A DNA stretch of 64,000 nucleotides from Dimorphilus gyrociliatus (Eukaryota; Animalia; Annelida): the NCBI GenBank assembly GCA_904063045.1, contig CAJFCJ010000007.1, forward strand, positions 244,819 to 308,818, in the 5' to 3' direction. The notes beneath the pieces are model-generated. The model did not search any database. It saw only the letters and a list, made by a program, of their open reading frames with translations, and was not told the origin of the DNA. Positions 10,101 to 21,396 of this stretch are shown in pieces (the stretch's first letter is position 1; every line of letters starts with the position of its first letter). A program made the position numbers and the translations under genes.

Positions 10101-12010
10101 TTGTCTTCTTTTTCTTACTTTTCAGTAATTATTGTAGTCCATACAAAGGTAGCTTCTGTTCTTTTCAACTAATGAATAGGAATGTTTACCATAATATAAC
10201 TGAAGATATACGCCTTAAGGATCGCGAAAAATTTGCCGCTAAACTTTCGGGTTTAGCTAATGAAAAGGATGAAATGTGTAGATCATCTGTTTCGAAATTT
10301 GCTTGTCACTCTTTATTTCCCGACTGTAACGTAGACAGGACATCTAAGTCAGAACCGCTTGTTATATGTAAAGAGGATTGCCTAACTATGACACGATTCA
10401 CGTGCTTACCTGAAACGTTTGATACATTCCTACAGGAAGTTGAAAAATCGTTCAAAAAGGATCCGTTTATTATATCGTTAGTGAAACAAATGACCAACTG
10501 TGATAGTTTGCCTTCTTCAAAAGAAGGTAAAGCATGTACTTCTATGAATCTATTTCATTTGGAAAAGGAAAAAATAACGACGGATTGCTACAAAGACGAT
10601 GGACGATACTATAATGGAACAGTTTCTAAAACTGCTAGCGGAATAGAGTGTCTGCCATGGGATCATCACGTGCCAAGAAAACTTCGCTACCATTCAGAAT
10701 ATCTTCCTTTGCTTCATGAAAACTATTGCCGAAATCTCGGAGGTACAAAAAAGCAGCCATTTTGCTACCCAATAACCGGTGACGCTCTTTTTGAAGTTTG
10801 TGATGTTGCTGTATGCGAAGAAAAAAAACCTATCTCTAAAACTCAAGCTGGATTTTTTCAAAATTCCACAAACATTATTGTATGTGCCTGTCTCTTGTTG
10901 ATAATAATACTAGTACCCACAATTATTTTTGTTGTATGCCGTTCTAGAGGTAATAAAGAGAGGTATTCGCCAGCTCCTAGTATGGAATTAGAGCACTGGA
11001 ATATTAAAGAAAATGTTAACTATCATCAAGAAACTGAAAGATTTCAATTAAATCCAGTTTTAAAACGCCTAGAGTATGATCGAAATCAAATTATTTATGA
11101 AAATGATATTGGCGAAGGAGCTTTTGGTCAAGTGTTTTTGGCGCAAGTAAAATTGGGAAAAGAGAATGCAAAAACCAAAGCTGCTATTAAGGCATTGAAA
11201 GAGGACGTCTGTCACCAACGATTTAGAGATTTTGAAAGAGAAGCGGAGCTATTAGTAATGTTTGATCATTCTAACATTGTCAAGCTATTGGGTGTATGTA
11301 TGGTAAAAAAACCATATTGTTTAATAATGGAATACATGAAATATGGCGATTTAAACTCTTTTCTTCGCAAATCCGATCCAGCTTATAAATTTGAAGCTGA
11401 GGAAGAGTCTTTCTGTGATTTAAGTGATTATCAACGAGTATATATATCTTCACAAATTATTGACGGAATGGACTATCTAGCCTCAAAATGCTATGTCCAC
11501 CGTGATCTTGCAACAAGAAACTGCTTGGTAGATGACGATTTTATCACAAAGATCGGTGATTTTGGTTTAACAAGGGCAATGAAAAATGGATCATGCTATC
11601 AAGGATCAACCGACGAAGCAATTCCTGTAAGATGGCAACCATTTGAAGCAATTATGCATCAAATTTATACCCAACAATCGGATGTATGGAGCTTTGGCGT
11701 TGTTCTATACGAGATATTCAGCTATGCTAAGCAACCTTATATGGGTTTGACACATAGCCAAGTAATTGATTTGCTTAAAGATGGAGGAAGACTAAGGGCG
11801 CCTGAGAAGATGCCGAATTATATAGAAACTATAATGAATCGCTGTTTAAGAAAGAGTCCTCAAGACAGACCTGTATTTAGTCAACTTGCTGAAGAGTTTG
11901 TTCAAGCAATTCAAATTACTCTTGGTAATATAGAAGACCAAAATTTAAACGATTCCTTTGTGAACGGATCACCTTTAGAGTCTAAATCTAGCAGTAGTTC
12001 AAAAATTTAG
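7187..12010 (+). CDS. MUSK: MuSK/Nrk-type receptor tyrosine kinase: signal peptide-Ig-Ig-Frizzled CRD-kringle-TM-kinase
   Basis: Proposed exons 7187-7274 (signal peptide MNVIYLTLVLIGSC...), 7512-7671, 7857-8014, 8096-8220, 8885-9044, 9556-9562 and 10126-12010, all phase-compatible. Ig motifs TCDVQGSPLPKIKW...NITCQAVN; CRD; kringle CY..DGRYYNG...CLPW..NYCRN; juxtamembrane [30 protein letters not shown] matches MuSK ([27 protein letters not shown]); HRDLATRNCLV, DFG. A ROR assignment is less likely but not excluded. Confidence 0.85.
9556..9562 (+). other. 7-nt coding microexon (TTCCGAA) of the MuSK-like gene
   Basis: Flanked by a pyrimidine-rich ...CTCTACAG acceptor and a GTAAGT donor. It bridges the phase-1 donor at 9044 to the phase-2 acceptor at 10126, giving TITV-I-P-N-NYCSPY. 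Confidence 0.72.
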
Positions 12011-12384
12011 AAGCTAATTGTGTCAATGACAGAATCCATTTTCTTAGAGGGAAAGCATAAATATATAAACTGAATTTTACTGTGCCAAACACCCGACTTT
12101 TTATCTATTATAATTTGTTTGTTTACGTTTGCTAGTTTTGTCTATATGATTGTGAAGTTTTTTTTTCGTTTTGGTGCTATAAAAGCTAATTAATTGTCAC
12201 AAATCTGATATTAAATGAGAAATTTTATTGAATTTTTTTATTGAGTTGACAGTTAAGTATTTCTTAACGTTATAATTAAAGAGCAGAAACATTTAAGTAT
12301 AATCATTCAAGTAACTCAATTGATCGGATTTAATAACTAAATCAGATATGAAAGGCCGAATAACAATAGGCCTAAAACTATATA

Positions 12385-12388
<4 letters not shown>

Positions 12389-12422
<34 letters not shown>
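12389..12422. repeat. (AT)n microsatellite
   Basis: Perfect AT run; it creates the spurious YIYIYI ORF 12348-12560. Confidence 0.9.
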
Positions 12423-12426
<4 letters not shown>

Positions 12427-13380
12427 CAGCATGTAAGCGTGTGGGAAACTATGAAAAAGAGAAGGACGAATTTAGGAAATTCTTTACAAAAATATTCCGA
12501 TTTGAGAGTATCGTAACCTTGCGAAAAAGGAAAATGATTGAGGAGGGCGGGAAAGGGTAGACAGCTGAATAGCTTTTTTTTTTTAAAATTCTCTTTTCAG
12601 TATGTTTTTATTATCCACGTTGAACATTTCAAAGGTTTTTCTCCTACGCAAGAAATTCTTTCTATCCCACAAAATTATACGGGTGAAAGTTAATTTCTTT
12701 CTTTTCTAATACTATAAACTTCTTTTCAGACCACCCGACTAGTTAGCTTTTGTCAAGTTGTCTCGGTTGGACTACTCTATAAGGTAGTTGCCTCTTTAAA
12801 TAGAAAAAGAGAAGAGAATGCACTCAATTGACATGTTTTTGAACTTTCGACTTTATCGCTTGATCGAAAATTTCCAATAAATAAATACTTTTTGAACAGT
12901 AATCACTATAGAAAGTAGCTTTTATACAGATGGCACTAAATTCAACGTATCTTTCTACCATTTCTTTTCGTTTTGTTGAGCTAGGAACATTGAAATAAAA
13001 TGTGATAAAACTTTCTTTGATCATCTTATTATAGTTTAAGGATGTTTTTCTTAAAAAGCTTGCAATACTATGTCAAGGTAATGAAGTGTGGACCCTGGAT
13101 AGCCGGAATGTTTTTAAAAGACTAAGTAAACAGTTAAAGTGACGTTAAGATTAATAAAAATGCTTAGCTATTGGACTGGCAGTTGTTGATAAGACAGAAT
13201 TGTTCAAGCGTAGTTTTTTAACCAGACGACAGAGGTCGACACTATCTGTGTGTTGTATTAGGCTAAAAAAGGAACCAAAATATCCTGTAAACGAATCGTC
13301 CCGTAAATTTTGTAGTTACATATCCGGATCATTACTCGGCATATTTTCATTCGAGAAACAGTTAATTCCATATTAAAAAA

Positions 13381-13856
13381 ATGCCCGTCAAAGAAGTCAA
13401 GAGCTTAGTAAGTTTATATTTTCTCTCTTGTTTGTTAAATGCAAAATTCAATTTAGCTGTTTTGTATAATATTTAAATTAATATGACCTAAATTTGTTTC
13501 ATTTTAGGAAGAATTTAATGAAACTTTAAAAGCTGCTGGAGATTCGGCAGTTTTAGTCGATTTCTTCGCCACGTGGTGTGGGCCGTGTAAAATGATTGCT
13601 CCAAAATTGGAAGCTATGAGTACGAAATACAATACAGTTGTGTTTGTGAAGGTTGATGTTGATCAATGTCCTGATGTTGCTGAAAAATATAAGGTAGTAT
13701 ATTCCATATAAAAACTTGCAGGTCGTTATAACAATTAAAACTTAATAGATTTCCGCCATGCCTACATTCTATATGTTTAAAAACGGAAGCAAAGTCGGCG
13801 AAGTTGTTGGAGCCAGCGAAGAAAAGATTGAAACTTTGGTTAAGGCTCATCAATAA
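13381..13856 (+). CDS. TXN: Cytosolic thioredoxin (106 aa)
   Basis: Exons 13381-13407, 13508-13693 and 13749-13856, all phase 0: [41 protein letters not shown]...VFVKVDVD...ISAMPTF...GAS. WCGPC active site. The ORF track missed it. Confidence 0.97.
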
Positions 13857-15545
13857 ACGTATTGTCAGATAACAAAGATTGTACACAATTCGTATCATTA
13901 AAAATAGAGATACCTAAAAGAGAATATGTCTTGGATTTTTCTGTTTTTTCAGACCTATCTAATACATGTATAATGAATTGAAAGGAGCTCATTGATAATT
14001 AACTTAATAGTTCCCAATAAATAACCTTCATAATCAGTTGCTAGCTTAAAAACACTGAGACAGAAAAATAGAAACTAATTGGAAATTTTCCTCCATTCGC
14101 CGTGACTAGGCACAAATATCCGTTCTACTATGGATTTATGAACTTTTGCCCAATTCGGAAAAACAGTCTATGAGTAATAGTGTAGAATTTATTCAATATT
14201 TCATGTAGGACATTCAATTTTAGAATTATATATGAAGAAACAAAGAAAGTACTACCTCATTATTAGTTTCGATTTATGAAGGGCATTTAAACAAATGAAA
14301 CCAAAGAGTATAAAAATTGCAGGAGAGTCCTGGATTTTCACCCTGTCTCTCTAAAAGCTACGATTTTCTATATTTTGAATAATTAACGAATGTTACCATG
14401 GTTATTAAACATTCAAAAGGGAATATATTAGAAACTTTTACCTAGTTTTTAAATTCTATGTAATATTTATGATAATAATAATTCCATATTTTATATAATG
14501 CTTAGGTAATAATATTTTCTTTTAGTTGTATGAATTATCCATTTCTAACCAATTACTTATACACAATAATATTAAACTATCTAACAATATAAAAATTTCT
14601 ACAGTGAAAGAAGCATAACGAAACAGTTTTCTAGATTGTTAGATTGATTGTTCTATTAGCGGTTATTAAATATACTGTCTATATATATATAAAAAGAGGA
14701 TTTTTACATTCAATTACATAGTTTCATTTGTGTATAGTTGATATATGAAATTTTTATAATTAATCTAGAATGTCAACATTAAATTATCTAAATATAGTCT
14801 GTTTTTTAATCAAGTTCATTCATACTTCCTTCATGTTATTTCATACATGTGGCACTTTTTATTAAATTATATTCATATATGAAAGTTTTAAGAAGTGTTT
14901 ACTATTAATTACAATACATATTATATTAGTTCTATGCTATATGATTGAACTACAATTATTAATTGCTTGAAGCAACTGAACAGATGGATGACTAGAATAC
15001 ATATTGGAAGCTTACATATTTATCAATGTAATCGTTATTAATTGAAAATATCAATATATCAATAACCTAGAAAATGGAGGAAAGGAGAGTTATTCATAAA
15101 AGAGAATCAAAAGAGGATAGAAGATTCTTTATATATTTTAAATTATTGAACAGTTAATTCCGTCATTCAGTAAATAAAATACAATTTATAGTCATGAATG
15201 TAGTTTCTGTTTCTTTAATTGTTTTCTAGTTTAAAGAGTGTTTATTTCCAAAATTGAATATATAAAGGTTAGACCTAACTATAAAAGAAATTCCTTTGAA
15301 AAGAAAATCCCAAAAATGTGTCAGTGAATTGATAATCAATATTCAAGTCTTTTAGTGAAAAATCTATCTTTCCAAGTAAAATTTTATATTGATAGTTTTC
15401 AATTCCCTTGAAGCTATTGATAATTTTTTCCAATCATTTTTCCTCTAAGCAGAGAATTTTCTATTGATATTGTGGTGTTAAGGGAACATGTAGTGAAATC
15501 TAGTATCGATAAAGTTTATTTCTGATTCTGGAGTGAAAAGATTTT

Positions 15546-16767
15546 TTAATCTTTTGGTTTAATCATTATATAATCGGATATCCACGACGGTAAAAGTGAT
15601 ATTGGAATAGCAATGTATTTGCAGTCAAATCCTATTGGGTATCTTCTCTTTGGCCACTTTGAAAATATAGCATGTTCATAAGCATTAGTAACTTCTTCGA
15701 TATTGGATGATGCATTGTCATTGATGGCTGTTAATGCTTTAACATCTATAGAAAAAGAAGAAATTAAAGGCAGAATTAATAAATCGGCAGAAGAAAAGTA
15801 TAAATAACTAAATTTTACATTGATTAACGTAAATCTCTTCATCCAATCCTTGCCGTTTATCTATTGGTATTCTTTCAAGTCCCTTTTTAACTAATTTTTT
15901 AGTTGATTCTACATTAATGATCTCGGTTTTAAAAAATCCTGGTTCGATAAGATGAACTGTAACGCCCTTATTCATATTTCTAAGCTTTATTCTAAAATTA
16001 AACTTTATTTATTAATAATACATTATATGACTAAATTTACCTTAGACAATCGGAGAATGCCTCTGTCGCAAATTTACTAACGTGATAAGGTATATTATTG
16101 CCTTCGGCTAATCTTCCCGCAGCTGATGACACATTAACGATTCTGCCTTCGGCTTTCGATAATAGAGGTAAGAATCTCAATGATAAATTGGCTACAGCCA
16201 CAGTATTCACATCCAAGACTCTTCTGTAATCATCGGAGTTATACATTTCCAATTCACCTACAATAGATGCCGTACTAATACCAGCATTATTGACAAGCGC
16301 GTGTAGTCCTACGTCCTTCAATTCAATTTCCAATTTTGATCTAAGTTCATTTACTTGTTTGTCGTTTGTTACATCAAGTAGAACTGTTTGCAATTGATTG
16401 GAGCATTTCGTCTTTAGTTTCTCAGCACCAGTTTGTGTTAAACAAGCGGCAATAACTTTAACTCCTTTCGCATCAAGTTGCCTTGCAAATTTTTCGCCAA
16501 AACCTATAATTATTGATAAAAAATTATTAATTATGCTGTTTTTTTCCCATAGATTATAGCTTGTATCCAAAACTATATTTAACTGATAATTATCTCTGAA
16601 TAATAAAAATAATCAGAATGAAAACTACCGCTGTCGCATCCTGTTATTAAAACATGCTTTTTCTCAATATCGTCTATGTAAAATGATCTTATATAATTTT
16701 CAGACAACCTTACAGTTGTACCCCCAACAATTATTGCCAAAAAGGATTTAGCAACCTTTCCAAACAT
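15546..16767 (-). CDS. Short-chain dehydrogenase/reductase, SDR9C family (RDH16/HSD17B6/BDH1-like)
   Basis: Four exons (16629-16767, 16041-16503, about 15816-15980, about 15546-15746). TGCDSGFG cofactor motif split by intron 1, LVNNAGI, NVSS, catalytic YHVSK, IEPGFFKT, C-terminal EHAIFSKWPKRRYPIG. Confidence 0.92.
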
Positions 16768-17297
16768 CTTCAATTCTATTAAATTCTATATTTTCAATTG
16801 AACTCAGAAAAAGATACATACATTGTTTTGATGGATTATTGACTAGTTTATAACTATTTATAATATTATAAAACATATGCTGCCCTCTAGACTTTGATTT
16901 TAATGTTACTTTGTTGGCAAATTACCTTACATGAACTCGTTAAGAAAGTATATTACAGAATGATTCATTTGTTTTTGACAATAAAAATAGCAATTTATCA
17001 ATTATAATTGAATCTAGCTAATTAGTAATTATATTTATCTTAGAATATTTTTTACTGATTAGGCGTAAAACTCTTCCTTTTCACTAAATGATATTTACAA
17101 TCTTTATGATAAAGTTAATTCTTTGGAAATAGTACTTAATTAGATGCCTTAATTAGCTAGTTTTCCTTGGAAATAATCAAGAGGTTAGATAGCGGAAAAG
17201 GAGAGGAAAAGAGTTAGAAAGGGTAGGAGAGAGTTACAGAGAACATCCCCGATTCACTAAAGTGAAAGATGGCGGTATTTAACTAAAATTTGTGGAG

Positions 17298-18377
17298 ATG
17301 AATTCTTCGTATGTTAAAAAAACTTGTGCTTTTAATCGTATTCGACGCCAGTGTTACTCTAAATCGGAAAAATATGGATATCTATTCGCTCTTCTTCCGA
17401 TGTGCTTTTGTGGAGCAATAGTAAGCGCAATAGGGCTGATTGTCTTTTTTAGAAAGAGACCAGTTGTAAAAATAGCTCCGTCTATGAAGAAGTTTCTAAG
17501 AGCTCTTTGTGTATCATCTTTCGGAGTTAGTTTAACGGCTATACCATTAGCACCTTTAAGGTGCTTTTCAAGACATCGTACGTCGATGATTGCCTCTGGT
17601 TTATATGACGCTTTCGTACTTCTTCCTATAGCAAATGCTTTTTCGGCAGCTTCTTCTTGGCTTACCGTGGCTATGACAGTAGAAAGATTTATAGCCGTTA
17701 AAAAACCATTTGAAATGAGATTTTCGCATAAAATTAATATAACATATCTTATTATTTGTATATATCTTGGGGCGTTTGGTCTTCATTTGCCCTATTTTTT
17801 TTATCGTTTACCAAATGCAAGAGGAATCCCTTTACAAACAGCTTTTGGTCGAAGTCGCTATTTTCGCTATTATCTATGGGCTAGAATGATAATCGCCAAA
17901 ATGATACCTATTGTCTTGATGATTTTCTTTAACGCTGGCTTGATAATTGCGCTTTGGAGAATCCGTCGGAATAGAAATGTCTTAATTGGTATAAGGCAGA
18001 ATTCCCATAATGTAGACCATCATGGTAAAATAACTATTATGGCGTTAGCTCTAAGTACAGCTTATGTTCTTTGTCATATATTGGAACCCATTATTCATAC
18101 GCCTATATTTGAATTATTCATGGGTAAATGTCATCTACATGGAAAAGTTCACAGGCGAATTACAATGACGTCAAATGTACTGGAATTGTCTAGTTGTACA
18201 TTATATTTTGTTCTACTATGCGCATTCAATACCTCCTTTAGAAGAGCAGCAAAATGGCACCTATTCCCATGTAAGAGGCATGTTCAAATTCAACACGAAG
18301 GGCATCCAACAACAATTTGGATTGCTCAACGAGCTGATTCAATAAGAAAGCAGTCATTGAAAAGTTCATCCGCCTAA
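17298..18377 (+). CDS. Intronless rhodopsin-like (class A) GPCR, peptide-receptor (FMRFamide/sex-peptide receptor-like) group, with degenerate microswitches
   Basis: ATG at 17298. Seven hydrophobic segments; SSWLTVAMTVERFIAV (E/DRY equivalent), IPIVLMIFFNAGLIIALW in TM5, and a TM7-helix 8 segment ending FRRA. Confidence 0.88.
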   Translation: MNSSYVKKTCAFNRIRRQCYSKSEKYGYLFALLPMCFCGAIVSAIGLIVFFRKRPVVKIAPSMKKFLRALCVSSFGVSLTAIPLAPLRCFSRHRTSMIASGLYDAFVLLPIANAFSAASSWLTVAMTVERFIAVKKPFEMRFSHKINITYLIICIYLGAFGLHLPYFFYRLPNARGIPLQTAFGRSRYFRYYLWARMIIAKMIPIVLMIFFNAGLIIALWRIRRNRNVLIGIRQNSHNVDHHGKITIMALALSTAYVLCHILEPIIHTPIFELFMGKCHLHGKVHRRITMTSNVLELSSCTLYFVLLCAFNTSFRRAAKWHLFPCKRHVQIQHEGHPTTIWIAQRADSIRKQSLKSSSA

Positions 18378-18573
18378 GCAGAACTTTAGTTTTCTATATA
18401 TTTTCTATAGACAAATATGTCCCAAATGCTTATATATACTGTATACAATACATTTTAAGCAACAATGTAATAATATATCACCAATTAAATCTTTTGTAAC
18501 AAAAATGACACTTGCTTTGTTAGTAACAGTATAATAAATGATAACGATTAAAATAAATCCTGTCTTATTACTT

Positions 18574-21396
18574 CTATAGTCTTCCTAGGGCTTCATCAAG
18601 AACTGCGTTCAAGCGAGATGATGTTGAATCTTTATCTTTCTGTATCAGTGTATGTATGTGTGTGTGATTATTAATTGATTAAAAACAACTTTATCGTATA
18701 ATCTCTTACGTTGTGTTCCAATACTATTAAATCAGCTATTTTCTTTACAGTAGCCCTTTCCTTTAGTAAGGCGTTTCGTTTTCTTCTATTATCTTGTCTT
18801 TCTTTTATTCTTTGAAAGCAGAATTTGGCGTGCTCTTTCTTAAAATGATCATAAGAACTGTTGAAAATAATATTGAATGAATATTTCGTTCAATTTCTAA
18901 AATAATATTTTTAAGTGAGTAGTGATAATAATTCTGTTTTGCCATCTAATTAGCATAATTGCATTCATTGATTAGTGTTAATAATTTGAAGGGTAAAATG
19001 CAGTATTTTGTTTGTTCACTTCACCTTTATGTAATTATATTTTAGAGCATATGTTAAACTGAAAGCTTATTAAAGGTTAATTAAATTCATATTAGTAAGA
19101 AGATGAAATTATCAAACATACTCGTTGAATTCCTTTTCTACTTCCCGAGTTTTCTTTAAGCTTGTCTTAATTAAATCTCGATAGGTTTCACTTTCTAATG
19201 TAATGGTCAGTTAAGGGAAACTTCATTTAGATTTTTTGAATAGTTAATGCGATTGAAAACGAACAAAAAAACATTTTAACACTATCGATTCGAAAAATAA
19301 TTTGGAAAAAAGGATATGGTGGAGGGTTCTCCATTTCCGTTCTGGAAACTCTTAAGACCAAACCTGGATCTGATTGGCTATTTTGTGTCTTTAAGAAATG
19401 GCTAACAAGCGGGCTTCTTCCATGCATGTTAAATGTATATTTTACGAATGATGGGCCTTTGCCTACTGGATGAGAAACCTTTTTTGTCGATTTGAGTTTT
19501 TGTTTTGGGGATATTGTAGGATTTGATATCGATGACGTCTTTCTTTCTTCTCTTTCGTTTATAGGACTAAGTCTATCTGCCGATCTTGCATGATTCGTTT
19601 TTGTTGATAAAAGAGAGGGTTTGGAAATAGAGGAAGACGCTGATTCGCCTCTTATTTGTTTTGGAAAAGAATTGAAATCTAATATGTTTGATGGTTTCTG
19701 CCGTCTAATATCCTCCCTATTTTTCACATCTTCCGGTTCCAAGGCTTCCAAATTCCAATTTAACCAAATTCTCGGAGCTGGTTTAACACCAGCTATCCAA
19801 CTAAATACTAAAGCAGTTAATTCCTCTTTAAATTCTTCGTTAAATTGTCTATTAGAGTCCGGAAAAACGGCGAAATAAGCTGCATAAGTAGCTTGTAGCA
19901 AGAGTTTAGGGTATTCCTATAAAAGGTGAATTTAAGTGTTTTAAAAGACTGTATCTTATTTAGTATATAAGTAGATTTTTACCTTTAGGAATGTATCTCT
20001 ATATTCTGATATTTTTAGATTGAAAATAAAATTAACATAGTTCTGAGAAACTCTATTAAATATTTGAGCTTGAGATTTTATGCTTTTTTGATATCTTTCA
20101 AGAAAAAACCACCAAAACGTATCCTTAAAAATAATAGAATTAGTTATCGATTAGATAAAATTTTCATTAAATTAAAACCAACAACTAAGATGACTTGAGA
20201 GTAATTAGAGAAAAAACAAGACTCAAAGAAGGCCTTATATCTCATCTGTTGAAGATTAACAAATAAAAGAAACATATTTTAACTGATTTAAATATATAAT
20301 AATGGATTCTTACAGTTTTTTCTAAATGCGTCTGAGCTTTTGCAACGATTTTTAACACATCTATCGGATCAATAGAGAATGGTAATGGAGTAAGTTCCTC
20401 TGGGTCATAGCCAGGATATTGATGTAGCTGTGTAACAACAACGTTTGTAATATTTTTCTATAATAAGTACAGAAGAAAATTAACTTCAATAAGTTTAGGT
20501 TGTGATCTGACTTCCTGTTCCATTTCCCTCCTTCTTTCTTTTCCTTTAGCAATTTTCTTAAAGCGTTTATTCAATCTTTCCGAGTCTCTTGGAAAAGCTT
20601 GACGTTTGTAGAGAAGTTTAAATTATTACCCTCTTAAAACTAATTTAAACAGTATATATATATCAAGAACTATACTTGATTGTAATGTATAAATTCCAGC
20701 AAAACGATTTAATTCTCTTTGTTCTTTTTCTATTTAATTCAATTATTATTATTAAAAATTCCTAAACGAAACGCAAATATAACCTTTTTTTTCATAAACA
20801 CTTCTAGCCTTTCCACTAGAAAGTGGTCTGTATGTGAAGTTATTATCATCCCAATCGGATGCACTACTTTCAATTACTAATTCTGTATAACTCTGTTTTA
20901 AAGTCAAGCAAATAAATTTTGTTTTATTTGTTAAATCTTCTGTTTTTAACTTACCTGTAGCTTTTGATCCAATTTACTTATACGTCTGCTTACTTCCTCG
21001 ATCGAACCAACTAGGAAAGCTGTAAATTTAAAAATTAGCTGCGTTAAAAAATTGCTTAAAAGTCACTTCACAGTCTAATTTTACATCTTAACTTTTATTA
21101 AATTATCAAGGAATTTTTTAAATTATTGAATTAATTCAATCAATATATTCATTAAACATTTATGTAAAAGTTTAAGTAAGTAAAAACAGTTGTCGGATTA
21201 AAAGCAACCAACGAATATGGGGTGCAAAATAAATCTTACGAGATTTTTTATGTTGTTGGGCTTCAACAATTCTTTTTCTCTCTTTCAGCTCTTCACCATC
21301 TACATTTAAATTCTCCTCGACAACTTCCATTGCCGAACTAGCCCTATTTATATCTTTTCCAGACTTTGGACGGGAAAGCTCCATTTCAGACGACAT
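18574..21396 (-). CDS. FAM227: FAM227 family protein (FWWh domain)
   Basis: Multi-exon. ATG at 21396. Exon 19983-20123 encodes DTFWWFFLERYQ...; the next exon encodes EYPKLLLQATYAAYFAVFPDS...FKEEL...WIAG..P...W..EALEP, resembling FAM227A/B. Probable last exon ends LDEALGRL* at 18574. Some internal exon borders are approximate. Confidence 0.8.

Noticed and set aside
9998-10125. ORF-track N-terminus of the 670-aa kinase ORF, apparently a signal peptide
   Set aside because: The hydrophobic stretch is the polypyrimidine tract of an acceptor. The upstream Ig exons and true signal-peptide exon splice in at 10126.
13900-15540. Possible - strand exons between thioredoxin and the SDR gene
   Set aside because: Isolated open segments only; no consistent spliced ORF or recognisable motif.
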